DNA of 64,000 nucleotides from Candidatus Altimarinota bacterium (GTDB lineage: Bacteria > Patescibacteriota > Gracilibacteria > UBA4473): the NCBI GenBank assembly GCA_965231215.1, contig OZ246423.1:1088001-1152000 (forward strand). The letters are read 5' to 3'. Under the pieces are notes generated by a model. That model ran no database searches, was not told where the DNA came from, and saw only the letters and a list, made by a program, of their open reading frames with translations. Of this stretch, positions 40,539-50,142 are shown piece by piece. The position numbers and the translations under genes are program-made. How positions within the stretch are numbered: position 1 is the stretch's first letter; each line of letters begins with the position of its first letter.

Positions 40539-41339
40539 TTATTTCTTCTTTTTGAGCTCAGCTCGAAGTATTGCATTTTTTTCATACATTTCAGCCATTC
40601 GCCAAGAGATATCAAAGACTTCTCGCATACTATCAGCAATCATGTTGCTTTTAACCACAACGGCTAATTTTTCATGAATAGAAAAATACGCGACTTTATC
40701 ATCATAGATGTTTAGCTCAATAGAGATATCTAGCATGTCTTTTGGGAGAAGGCGGCTGATCCGGAGTTCTTTATCGTCTAGTTTCTGTCTTTCACGAGAC
40801 ATCTTAGTGTCAGGAAAGAGGGCTTTAATCACAATATTGGCGGCTTTTCTCCTTTTGTAGTATTTAGGCACATAGTTTGGGAACAAAGATTCAGTATCAT
40901 CAATAGAGGCCATAGCGAGAATTTCAGTCTTTGTTGTTAGCGTGTCTTCATAGGCAGCAATCAAACCTTCACGTCCTTCATATAAAGCAATCTCAGGCTT
41001 AGTGAAAGCTGGGTTCATATAATCTTGGAATCGAGGAAGGTTTTTTTTGAACGTATCAATATTCTTTTCTAGTTTGAATTTGCTGTTTTCCAGTATTTTC
41101 AAAAGCACATCAGGTTGCTCAGGTGTAAAAAAGTCTTTTTCTCGTGCAAATTTACTCACAAAACCTCTATCAAGAAGGCTAGTCATGATCACACTTACAT
41201 CAAAAGTAGAAAGTTTTGTTTCCTCACTAAGAGTAGGAATATCCTGAGTTCCAAGCTTTAGTGAAGCCAAATATACTTCCGCTTCATTAGGGTTTAGGCC
41301 GATGTCTTCAAGGATTTTTCTGAGCATCTTGTTTGGCAT
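40539..41339 (-). CDS. TrmB-family HTH regulator (CPR-type)
   Basis: IGLNPNEAEVYLASL, PEIALYEGREG, ELNIYDDKVAYFS. Confidence 0.85.
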   Translation of the reverse strand: MPNKMLRKILEDIGLNPNEAEVYLASLKLGTQDIPTLSEETKLSTFDVSVIMTSLLDRGFVSKFAREKDFFTPEQPDVLLKILENSKFKLEKNIDTFKKNLPRFQDYMNPAFTKPEIALYEGREGLIAAYEDTLTTKTEILAMASIDDTESLFPNYVPKYYKRRKAANIVIKALFPDTKMSRERQKLDDKELRISRLLPKDMLDISIELNIYDDKVAYFSIHEKLAVVVKSNMIADSMREVFDISWRMAEMYEKNAILRAELKKKK

Positions 41340-41368
41340 TTAAGCCTTGTTTGGACTTTATTGCAAGT

Positions 41369-44300
41369 TTATTTTCTAACAGAAGGACTAATACTTTGAA
41401 GTTGTTTTATTGAAATAATTCTATTACCCTTATTTCTCTTCCATAAGTTATTCATTTGAACCTCTCCAATAACCCTAAACAGCTCATCAACATTGGCTTT
41501 TTCATGAAGATAGTGAAATGAAATTCTTATAGAATGATCTTTATCTCCTTTTTCTTTTGTTTCTCCAGGTATAACACTAGGAGAAAAGTGTTCTACCTGA
41601 TATCCTTTGCTTTTTAGTTCTGAAACCAGACTGTTACCACTAATCCCAGGAACAGAAATAGTCAATATTCCAATATAGTCAGAGCGTTTTTGGTCTGAGT
41701 TGGGGGTTGTAATATTCCAATTTAGGATAGAGGCAACTTTTGGCATTTCCTCAGGCGATATTGTTTCTAGATCGCCCTCTTTGGGCTTTATGGGAATTGA
41801 ATTTTGAATAATATCTGAAAAAGCTTTTTTATGGGTTTGTGCGACTTCTAACCCAATACTTTGAACTTTTTCTATAGCATAAGTAGTCAGTTCTTGCATG
41901 TGTTTTGCCCATTTACCACGCATAGACATATGTTCACTACTTTCGTCTTGGACATATCCTTTCCAGAAGTCAAAACGGCTTCTTAAATATCTCATAGCTA
42001 TAGCAGAGGCTACAAAGTTTTCCACAGGCCTGGTCCCAGCTGTCCCTTGAAGGCCTTCACTTTTGATAATAGGTTTTTTTCTTTCAGGTGAAGGTTGTTG
42101 GTAAGCAATACATCCACATCTACCTGCGCCCATAGCTTTTCCAAAACTAAACAGTATTACATCTGATTTGTAGCCAGACTCTGGATTGTCTCTTCCTACA
42201 CTTTGTGCAGCGTCTGTGATAGTTACAATGTTTTCTTCAGGTATGCCTTCTGCAGTAGCTTTTGCCTTAACTTTTTCAAAAAAACGGTTTAAATCATCTA
42301 AATGTTTTTTGGTTGATGTTTTTCTACTCATCGGAGCCGTTCCAAATCTAGTGTGGCAACTGAGGATTACAATATGTTTAGCTTCTGGATTAGCTTCATA
42401 ATTTGCTATTATTTGATTAGCAAAATTTGTAGCCATTTCTTCTACAGGTTTGGTATTTCCTTGTTTATCAGCTATATAAATGGCTTGTCCAGGTTCTGCT
42501 CCAGCCTTAGTAAAAGCGGCAATGACATCTTCATACTCTTGGTTGGAAAAGTATACATGTATAGGAACATTCGGATTTTCCGCACTATATCTTCCAGCAA
42601 AATCTCCAATAGCTGCACTAGCACTAACATACCATTCAGGATCATAATTACTGGCTTTAAAATGTTTTTGAAATTCCTTATTTATAAAAGTTAAAGCTCC
42701 ATCATAACCAAGATGCTTGATAGTAGCTCTTGCAGCCCTATGTAAAAAATCACGAGTCATCCCCAATTTAGCTGTAGTAAAATTCTTTGGCTCCCAATTA
42801 AGACTATTAGTTTCTATTGGGGGTATTACAGACTGATCGAGCATTGGCTTCTTTCTTTCTGGGAAAAAACAATATGGACCATTAAGAAGCATTTCTTCAG
42901 GTAAAACATCATAGGCCAATTGAGCTACCGCAATTCGGATTGTAGCCAATCCTTTCTTTTCAAGGGGGACATCTAGAGCAGGGTTTGTATCACTTAAAAC
43001 TTCAAATATAGATCGAGCCAAGATAGGGTTGGCACATTTTTCAGGCAGGCCTAATTGATATCTAATTAAGTCTGCTTTTTTTTTGTCATTTACATTTTCA
43101 GCTTTTCGTAAGTCTTCCGTTAACTTCTTTTTTCTTTCTGGGTAATCTTGCTGATATTTGGCCGCTTTGGTTCGTATGATTTTTAACATCATCAAAAATC
43201 TTTGTTGAGACTCATGAGAATGAACAATATTTTCTGGCTCTATAGTTCGTAAAAGGGCCTCATATCCAATGAAAGCCATTTCACTTCCTTCTGGAGTAAC
43301 AGGTTGAATAAGAGCTTTATTATCAGATAGTACACGCCTTAAGTCTCCTAAATTAGTCTTAGTGGGAGGACCTTTCTGTTGTGCTTGTTTATTTTTTGTT
43401 CGAGGTATAACGTCTAAAGGTTCAGCTACTGCATGTAAAGTATTAATTTTGGATTTGGTTTTCGGTGGTATATTATCTTCGGTTTCTCGAGTTATGTTCC
43501 TATTTAGATCTTGAATCTGAGAGACTAGTATTGGAAGGGGATGTTTATTGATCATTAAAAGTGCATTGGCCAAGAGTTCCCTAGGAATATCTCTAGTGAC
43601 CAACTTTGCAAGACCTGCTCCAGAACCAAACATGGATTCAGTGCTATCAGGCATAACCCATGGGTGGTTTTCTGGGTTTTCAGCCCAAATTTGTCTATGC
43701 ACTTCGTGTAAGTTAACTTTTGGGTCTACTACTAAATTTGGATGCCTTAATAAATCTCTCAAAAACCCCACCATTCTTTCTGTTTGTTTTGTAGGATCTT
43801 TAAATCCCCCAGAATTTAAAAGTCTATTGCACACGTCAGCATAAATACCTAAAAATTTAGCTAACTGAATTAAAAAATTAGGGTTGTATTCACACTGAAA
43901 TTGTAGGAGTTGAGTCATTCTACGAAGACTTTCTTCACCAGGTTTTCTTTTTGCTCCATTATGTGCATCATCTTTAAAGAGAAAAAATAGAAAATCTACA
44001 AGGTAGGTTAGATTCTCTTCCTCAAAGGTTGTTATTTTTCTGTGGATTGATTGTTTTATAGTATGTTTTAAGAGTGCCAATTGATTTTGTAAATTGAAAC
44101 TTTCATCTTGAATGAAAGCATTCTTTACTTTTCCTTGCCCAGAAGCAACTACTTCTTGTAAAAAATTTTCACCTTTAAATTCTGTGCTTTTCCTAGTCAT
44201 GACAAAGCTTGATGAGGTAAAAGCCAGAGCTGATTTTCTTGTGTGAGTTTCTACATCTTGAGGTTTTAAATCTATCTCAAATGGAGGCTGCGCTAGTTTT

Positions 44301-44533
44301 TGCCTTAGAGCTGGACCAAGCGGAAATTTTAATAATAAATCCCCAACCATTTTCTTAGTGGTATTTACTTGTGTAGAGAGGGGTCGTAAGTTATTTTCAA
44401 GCTCTAATAGGCTTAAAGCTATTACTTCTCCAATGGAGTCACCTATAACTTCAGATATAGCAGTACTAAAGTCGCTAACTGTTTTGGATAGATCTTCTAT
44501 AGCTTCTTGACTCAGTAGAGGTTCTCGCATCAA
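41369..44533 (-). CDS. 1054-aa protein with C-terminal PLP-dependent class V aminotransferase-like domain
   Basis: ITDAAQSVG, SDVILFSFGKAMG (putative PLP Lys), GTAGT, IRISFHYLH...VDEL. Confidence 0.7.
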   Translation of the reverse strand: MMREPLLSQEAIEDLSKTVSDFSTAISEVIGDSIGEVIALSLLELENNLRPLSTQVNTTKKMVGDLLLKFPLGPALRQKLAQPPFEIDLKPQDVETHTRKSALAFTSSSFVMTRKSTEFKGENFLQEVVASGQGKVKNAFIQDESFNLQNQLALLKHTIKQSIHRKITTFEEENLTYLVDFLFFLFKDDAHNGAKRKPGEESLRRMTQLLQFQCEYNPNFLIQLAKFLGIYADVCNRLLNSGGFKDPTKQTERMVGFLRDLLRHPNLVVDPKVNLHEVHRQIWAENPENHPWVMPDSTESMFGSGAGLAKLVTRDIPRELLANALLMINKHPLPILVSQIQDLNRNITRETEDNIPPKTKSKINTLHAVAEPLDVIPRTKNKQAQQKGPPTKTNLGDLRRVLSDNKALIQPVTPEGSEMAFIGYEALLRTIEPENIVHSHESQQRFLMMLKIIRTKAAKYQQDYPERKKKLTEDLRKAENVNDKKKADLIRYQLGLPEKCANPILARSIFEVLSDTNPALDVPLEKKGLATIRIAVAQLAYDVLPEEMLLNGPYCFFPERKKPMLDQSVIPPIETNSLNWEPKNFTTAKLGMTRDFLHRAARATIKHLGYDGALTFINKEFQKHFKASNYDPEWYVSASAAIGDFAGRYSAENPNVPIHVYFSNQEYEDVIAAFTKAGAEPGQAIYIADKQGNTKPVEEMATNFANQIIANYEANPEAKHIVILSCHTRFGTAPMSRKTSTKKHLDDLNRFFEKVKAKATAEGIPEENIVTITDAAQSVGRDNPESGYKSDVILFSFGKAMGAGRCGCIAYQQPSPERKKPIIKSEGLQGTAGTRPVENFVASAIAMRYLRSRFDFWKGYVQDESSEHMSMRGKWAKHMQELTTYAIEKVQSIGLEVAQTHKKAFSDIIQNSIPIKPKEGDLETISPEEMPKVASILNWNITTPNSDQKRSDYIGILTISVPGISGNSLVSELKSKGYQVEHFSPSVIPGETKEKGDKDHSIRISFHYLHEKANVDELFRVIGEVQMNNLWKRNKGNRIISIKQLQSISPSVRK

Positions 44534-44602
44534 AAATATTTATAAAACTTATAAAAAAAATGTCAACTATTATTTGGCATATAAAAAAGTACATTATTAC
44601 CG

Positions 44603-45052
44603 ATGAGAAGAGGACTCTACACTGTTTTAATGACTATTTTTTTGCTAGTAGTTTTTGACCAGTTGTCAAAATACCTTTCGCGCCTTTATTTAGTCGATGA
44701 ATCATGGCAAATATTCCCGTATTTTAAGCTTGAATTGGCGTATAACACGGGGATCGCGTTTTCACTCCCAGTACCACAAATATTGGTTCTGTTACTTACA
44801 GTAGTGATTGTTACGGTTCTCATATGGCAGATGTATAAAATGGCATTAAGTAAATACCTTTTATGGGCCTATATGTTGATTGTGGCTGGGGCAATAGGGA
44901 ACTTCATAGACAGAGTGCTTTTTGGCAAAGTAACCGACTTTATAGCGGTGTGGGATTTCCCAATCTTTAACCTAGCCGATACCTGGGTATCCCTAGGGGT
45001 AGTATGCTTTTTGTATGATGAATTTTTTGGTAAAAAAAAGCCGAACCTTTGA
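44603..45052 (+). CDS. lspA: Lipoprotein signal peptidase II
   Basis: DQLSK, NTGIAFS, GAIGNFIDR, VTDF, FNLAD. Confidence 0.96.
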   Translation: MRRGLYTVLMTIFLLVVFDQLSKYLSRLYLVDESWQIFPYFKLELAYNTGIAFSLPVPQILVLLLTVVIVTVLIWQMYKMALSKYLLWAYMLIVAGAIGNFIDRVLFGKVTDFIAVWDFPIFNLADTWVSLGVVCFLYDEFFGKKKPNL

Positions 45053-45087
45053 GTCCGACTTTCATAGGTTCAGATTAAAGACCTAAA

Positions 45088-45429
45088 TTATTTTTCAGCT
45101 TTTTCTTCCTTTTTGTCTTTGGCGCTAGCTTTTGGAGCGGTTTTTTTAGGAGCGACCGCTTTTTTAGCTGGCTTAGCCGCGAGCATTTTAGCCAGATTAG
45201 ATTTTTTTCGGGCGGCGTTTCGTTTATGTAGTAAGTTTTTCTTAGCGGCCATATCAATAGATTTTTGTACTTGTGGAAAGAGTTTTTCAGCTTCGGCTGT
45301 TTTTCCGTCTTCAATAAGCTTTGTATATTCTTTGATAAGTTCTTTGTATCGGTTTTTTGCAACCTGATTACGTTTAGTTCGTCGAGCCTCCACTCGCATT
45401 CGTTTCTGTGCAGATTTGATAATTGGCAT
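45088..45429 (-). CDS. rpsT: 30S ribosomal protein S20 with K/A-rich C-terminal extension
   Basis: MPIIKSAQKRMR, KKNLLHKRNAARKKS. Confidence 0.95.
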   Translation of the reverse strand: MPIIKSAQKRMRVEARRTKRNQVAKNRYKELIKEYTKLIEDGKTAEAEKLFPQVQKSIDMAAKKNLLHKRNAARKKSNLAKMLAAKPAKKAVAPKKTAPKASAKDKKEEKAEK

Positions 45430-45517
45430 GTTTTTAGCGTTTGAGCTTAATTTAGATCGAGCCGAGAATAGGAAAAAGTAGGGCTCCGTCAAGTTTTGAT
45501 CTATAATTTTTTCATAA

Positions 45518-45778
45518 ATGTCAAAATTCAGAACAATTAATGTACATTGTAGCTGCGGGTGTTTATTGGCTCGCTACAACAAAGGAGGGAAGGGGAGACT
45601 GCGTAAAATGTATTTTGAACGAATTGATAAAGATTTATTAGGGATTTTTTTAAAAGAACCACCCCTGCCACTCAATACGGATGTGTTTTGTCCTGGTTGT
45701 GGTAAGCGTGTTGGAACAGTACAGATTATGTCTGGAAAATATGTGATAAAAATAAATCAGGGAGTAGTTCGGGAATAA
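45518..45778 (+). CDS. Small Cys-rich (zinc-ribbon-like) protein
   Basis: CSCG...CPGCG; KGGKGRLRK. Confidence 0.7.
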   Translation: MSKFRTINVHCSCGCLLARYNKGGKGRLRKMYFERIDKDLLGIFLKEPPLPLNTDVFCPGCGKRVGTVQIMSGKYVIKINQGVVRE

Positions 45779-45807
45779 AAAAAACCGCTGAAATTTCAGC
45801 GGTTTTT
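45779..45807. terminator. Bidirectional terminator
   Basis: AAAAACCGCTGAA-A-TTTCAGCGGTTTTT between convergent genes. Confidence 0.85.
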
Positions 45808-45827
45808 AAAATACACAGAGTAAAAAC

Positions 45828-46418
45828 CTATTTACTGGTCATAAATTTGTGAACCCACATAGCACAGACAGCCCCAATGATTGGGCCAGCAATATAAGCA
45901 ACAGAAAGAGATCCAAGACCAAAGGCTACAGCAGGGTTAAGAATTCCATTAGAAACTCCAGCCGCGGCTAAAATCCCAACCAGTAATGAACTTCCGACAA
46001 TAAGACCACTGGTGTTGTCGTTTCCATTTTTTACGGCAGTGGCGACCCCAAACCCAAGCATAAACGCGCCTAGGATTTCAGCTCCCATAACCATATAACT
46101 GTTTTCTGCTACAACCATGACTTCTTTTCCAAACATGGCGAGAGCGGCCATCATAGCGAGTAAAGCTCCCAGTACCTGAGAAACGATATACATAACCGCA
46201 TCAAGTGGAGAGATTTTTTGGAGTGTGGCGAGGGCGACGGTAATAGCCGGGTTAATGTGAGCGCCACTCACACCACCAACCATATAAACAAAAAGCCCAA
46301 CAGTAAGGGCCGCAGCTACAGGGGTGGCAACAGGAAGATCACCTAAAAGCGTGGCTGATACAACGAAGGTGAGAGCGAAGGTGGCAATAAGTTCCGCCAG
46401 ATATTTTTTTATTGGCAT
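45828..46418 (-). CDS. Aquaporin (MIP family)
   Basis: SGAHINPA and ILNPAV (two NPA motifs); YIAGPIIG. Confidence 0.92.
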   Translation of the reverse strand: MPIKKYLAELIATFALTFVVSATLLGDLPVATPVAAALTVGLFVYMVGGVSGAHINPAITVALATLQKISPLDAVMYIVSQVLGALLAMMAALAMFGKEVMVVAENSYMVMGAEILGAFMLGFGVATAVKNGNDNTSGLIVGSSLLVGILAAAGVSNGILNPAVAFGLGSLSVAYIAGPIIGAVCAMWVHKFMTSK

Positions 46419-46676
46419 GACAATAAGGGTTAAGTGTTGGGGTAATTCTAAGGTAGATTTTAAAAAACACCAAATTATCATGGCTCTATGGAAGGAGTGT
46501 GTAATTAAATTTAGCTATAACTTTATATTTTTTTGATTGTTCTTAGAAGAGTCAGAACTCCCCAGAAATAAAGGGAACGCCTTTAGCGATTATGAGTAGA
46601 AAGTCGCATAGATTCTAGATCAACGTCGCTAACTCTATACCGAGAGGAAGTTCCTCAAAGTTCGGTTTCACAACTT

Positions 46677-47279
46677 TCACAGGAGGGCTTGTAAATGGAA
46701 AGCCATCATCATTAATCCTACCGCAAATAGCCAGCCGCCTAAGGTTCTGATTATGACCCAATGCCACTCCTGTTTGATAAAATCTTTAAACAGTACCGAA
46801 TAACTAAGAAAAGCAAAAATTCCAACTATCGCTCCCAGATAAAAGACCATATTTAGAGCTATATCTTGGCTCTCAGAAACGGTATCTACACCAATTAAAA
46901 ATCCACACAAAGCGAGTGGAAGACTGAGAATTTGAAAAGAAATCGGTTTATGAAGTGCCACAAGCCCTCCCCAAAGCACTAGACACAAACTGAAAGCAAC
47001 CTCAAGCGCCAAAGACGGGAGCAACCACTGCCCTAAAAATCCTGTAAGTAAGGCCCCCAGAAAAGTGCCTAAAAAGTGTTCTGGTTTTTTTTGAGAAAAT
47101 AGAGTGAGCCACAACGCTATTAACAATAACAAATGTGGAACTGTCAGGAAAGGGTGAGCCCCCCCATTAAGCAGTGGTTGAGTATCTCCAAAAAAGTTAT
47201 GGGCTTGCACTCTTGCAGGCACAACTGCACATATCACGCAAAAAAAGAACAGCACTCGTTGAAGATTGGCTAAAGCCAT
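46677..47279 (-). CDS. HupE/UreJ-family protein (divergent paralog)
   Basis: AH...GGAHPFLTVPHLLLL, IRTLGGW. Confidence 0.75.
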   Translation of the reverse strand: MALANLQRVLFFFCVICAVVPARVQAHNFFGDTQPLLNGGAHPFLTVPHLLLLIALWLTLFSQKKPEHFLGTFLGALLTGFLGQWLLPSLALEVAFSLCLVLWGGLVALHKPISFQILSLPLALCGFLIGVDTVSESQDIALNMVFYLGAIVGIFAFLSYSVLFKDFIKQEWHWVIIRTLGGWLFAVGLMMMAFHLQALL

Positions 47280-47851
47280 CCCATGAAAAAAGCTAGACCA
47301 CAAAGAGCAATCACGCCTCCCATAGCTCTAACCAAGTAAATACCTTTCGGCAGTTTCTCGGCAAACCCTAGACCAATACCCGCTAAATGCAGCAAGCCAG
47401 TTCCTAAGACGAAGCCTACAGCATAGGCTAACGGATTAGCCGCTTCGGGTAGCTCAGTACCATGAGCATGTCCGTGGAAGAGCGCAAAGATTCCCACCAA
47501 CACCATAGCTGCCCAGAGTGGGGCTTTCCAAGCCAGTAAAATGACGAGCCCCAGCACAAGACCTGACAAAGCAATACCGGGCTCTACAAAAGGAATTGGC
47601 ACTCCTAGGATACCAAGAACTGCCCCGAGAGCCATTACCATCGGAAAGGTGATGGGTAATACCCAGATAGCAGGGCGTAACAAAATGGCTCCCCAAAGCC
47701 CAACCGCAACCATCGCCACTAAGTGATCCCAACCCATAATGGGGTGTTTAAAACCACTTACAAATCCGCCCATAACCCCCTCTCCACTATGAGCAAAAAC
47801 AAGACTTGGTAGTCCCAAGGCTAACAAAAGTAGAAGTAAATTTTGTTTCAT
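47270..47851 (-). CDS. HupE/UreJ-family Ni/Co transporter
   Basis: AH...GFKHPIMGWDHLVAMVAVG, FHGHAHGTE, LLHLAG. Confidence 0.92.
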   Translation of the reverse strand: MKQNLLLLLLALGLPSLVFAHSGEGVMGGFVSGFKHPIMGWDHLVAMVAVGLWGAILLRPAIWVLPITFPMVMALGAVLGILGVPIPFVEPGIALSGLVLGLVILLAWKAPLWAAMVLVGIFALFHGHAHGTELPEAANPLAYAVGFVLGTGLLHLAGIGLGFAEKLPKGIYLVRAMGGVIALCGLAFFMGWL

Positions 47852-48035
47852 TTTGAAGTAAATAAAAAATTACCATAAGTCTATTCAAGTTTTTGTTTTT
47901 GTAAAAATTTAGTAACTGGACGGGAGGTATTAAGTTTTCTAAATACTTTATGGTTAGTGACGCACTAGTAATTTTCGGCTTCTTTAAAAACCCCTGCTAT
48001 ACGAGGTTTTAGATGGTTTTTTTGAGTTTTAAATA

Positions 48036-48470
48036 TGGTGGAGATGGCGGGAGTCGAACCCGCGTCCAAAGTGGAAAATATGTACCTTCTACGCTTATAG
48101 TGTGTTTTAGTACGATTGAAGCTATGAACACACAAACTACTTCAAAAGGTTCAGTAAGATTTTCGAATCAAATAGCACTGAGAACTATCTGACCTACACC
48201 GCTAAATAAGATGCATTACTTCACGGTAAAGTAATGCATCACCTAGGAGCAAAAGGCTCAACTAGGGTTTACCTATGAGCTCAAATTAAGCTACACGAGC
48301 GTAAGCTGGCATAGTCATAGCATCTGCGAAAGATCGAAGTGCTTTGTGAGCTCGAGCAAATGGTTTAGCATTTGTCTTTGTACCATCGTGGATAACTGCT
48401 ACGTCGGTACCTCAAGCAGAAACGCCAATAGATATTTTGCGAATCACCTTGTCGAATCCGGGACATCCCC
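48036..48470 (-). ncRNA. ssrA: tmRNA, 435 nt
   Basis: 5' GGGGATGTCCCGGATTCGAC; 3' GGTTCGACTCCCGCCATCTCCACCA; tag frame at 48369-48286. Confidence 0.95.
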
Positions 48471-48751
48471 TTGTAAGCGCGGGTGGAAACCAGTTTCCCC
48501 CGTGAGCCCCCTTCTAAAATATGTGTTTGTTTCAGTTAAGGAAACCACGAGACCTTAACTTCACTCACTGGGATTGAATATCAAAGAACAAAAGGAGGAT
48601 TTTTATTTTAGCGGAAAATTGAACGTTTGTCGAGCGGGTTTTGTTACAGAAGTTAGACTTTTATTTTTAGTTAAAAAAATATATTTTTCATTTGACAAGT
48701 TGACTAAAAGTTAGTAAACACTACAAAAGAGTTATACACCATAAAATAACC

Positions 48752-50134
48752 ATGAAAGTAGATTCAGGACATGATACAGTAGAAAGTCCTAGTGGATTGG
48801 GAGATAATCCTAAATTTACTAAACTAGATAGACTTGTATCTGATGATGACATACGGCAATTTGTTTTTGAAGGTATACAAGAAGTAGCTGAGGGTTGGGG
48901 GGTTTTAGATGCTCCATTTGATAATGTTATGGAACAAGTGAGAGAAAATAGAGAAGAAATTAAAAAGGCAGTTATTACTCTATTGGGAAACGCCTCACAG
49001 AATAGATTAAGAGAGGATAAACCTAAACATGATTCGGGGGTTTTTGATATGTTGAGCTTGTTGATTAGGGAAAGGTATTCTAAAAACGATATATCTAAGG
49101 CAGTTCTGGGGTTTGCGCACATTACCTCTACAGAGGCTAAAAAAGTCTTAGAAAAGCCTATTGATGGTCTCAATAAATGGCTTGGAGGTCTGGCAAATAT
49201 TGGTGACACCGAAAAAATGTGGCTTATAGAGAATTATGGAACTTCTGGTATTAGAATGTTTTTACCTAAAGGAGAGCAACTTTTTGGTATTGAACCTATT
49301 ACTTATCAAGACCTTTACGAAAGAGGTACGTATCGTTTTACAAGGGAGGCAGAAGCTACCCCGTTTTCAAAGAAATTTGTAGAAACTGCAACAGAATTCT
49401 CTGAATCAGAAGAACCATTCAAAGGAAAGCTTGTTTTGACTCTTGGTGGAGGACTTGGAGGAGATGAAGCGTACTTCTTAGAACAAGGGGCACGTGTTCA
49501 CAGTATTGATAAAAGTAAATCAGCTCGTAATGCTCAAAAAGCCAAGTTTGGAGAAACCAAAAAGGGATTCAGAGCTCTTTTGAAAAGTAACAAACCAGGT
49601 ATCCATATAGAAAATAAGAATACAGATATACTGACTGCATTAGCTGATCTAGCAGAGAGAATAGAAGCTGGAGATATTGAACCTTATGACTATATATATG
49701 CTCATTCAGTATTTCACCTTTTCTCTTATGAGGATTTTAAAACCTTAATAGAGCTATGTAAAAGAGTTCTAAAACCTGATGGACAACTTGGGTTTACTAT
49801 GAGAACCCCTAGCCCAAATGGGAAAGGAACACACTATGAAACGGGAGTGCCATTAAGAGTACGATCTGAAAGTTTAGTGCAGGCTACAGGTGATGTTATT
49901 GGAGCTTTTAATTACGACACAGATACGACTTCTTATTCAATAGATGCTGTCTTACATAATTTAGATGGAATTGATCGAAGATTTACTGACGGTGCTGGTA
50001 TTCAACAACTTTTAAGAGCTAATGGTTTTGATGTTTTGGTAAATGACCAATTACCAGTAAGCTCTTATAGCGTTAAGGGAACAGAACAAAGACAGCTTAG
50101 ATTTATATCTCAAAAGCTAGATGTAAGGCATTAA
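48752..50134 (+). CDS. Class I SAM-dependent methyltransferase with long N-terminal extension
   Basis: VLTLGGGLGGD, VHSID, YDYIYAHSVFH, RVLKPDG. Confidence 0.8.
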   Translation: MKVDSGHDTVESPSGLGDNPKFTKLDRLVSDDDIRQFVFEGIQEVAEGWGVLDAPFDNVMEQVRENREEIKKAVITLLGNASQNRLREDKPKHDSGVFDMLSLLIRERYSKNDISKAVLGFAHITSTEAKKVLEKPIDGLNKWLGGLANIGDTEKMWLIENYGTSGIRMFLPKGEQLFGIEPITYQDLYERGTYRFTREAEATPFSKKFVETATEFSESEEPFKGKLVLTLGGGLGGDEAYFLEQGARVHSIDKSKSARNAQKAKFGETKKGFRALLKSNKPGIHIENKNTDILTALADLAERIEAGDIEPYDYIYAHSVFHLFSYEDFKTLIELCKRVLKPDGQLGFTMRTPSPNGKGTHYETGVPLRVRSESLVQATGDVIGAFNYDTDTTSYSIDAVLHNLDGIDRRFTDGAGIQQLLRANGFDVLVNDQLPVSSYSVKGTEQRQLRFISQKLDVRH

Positions 50135-50142
50135 GAGCCATT

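Noticed and set aside
48346-48558. 70-aa plus-strand ORF
   Set aside because: Antisense to the tmRNA, with no protein features.
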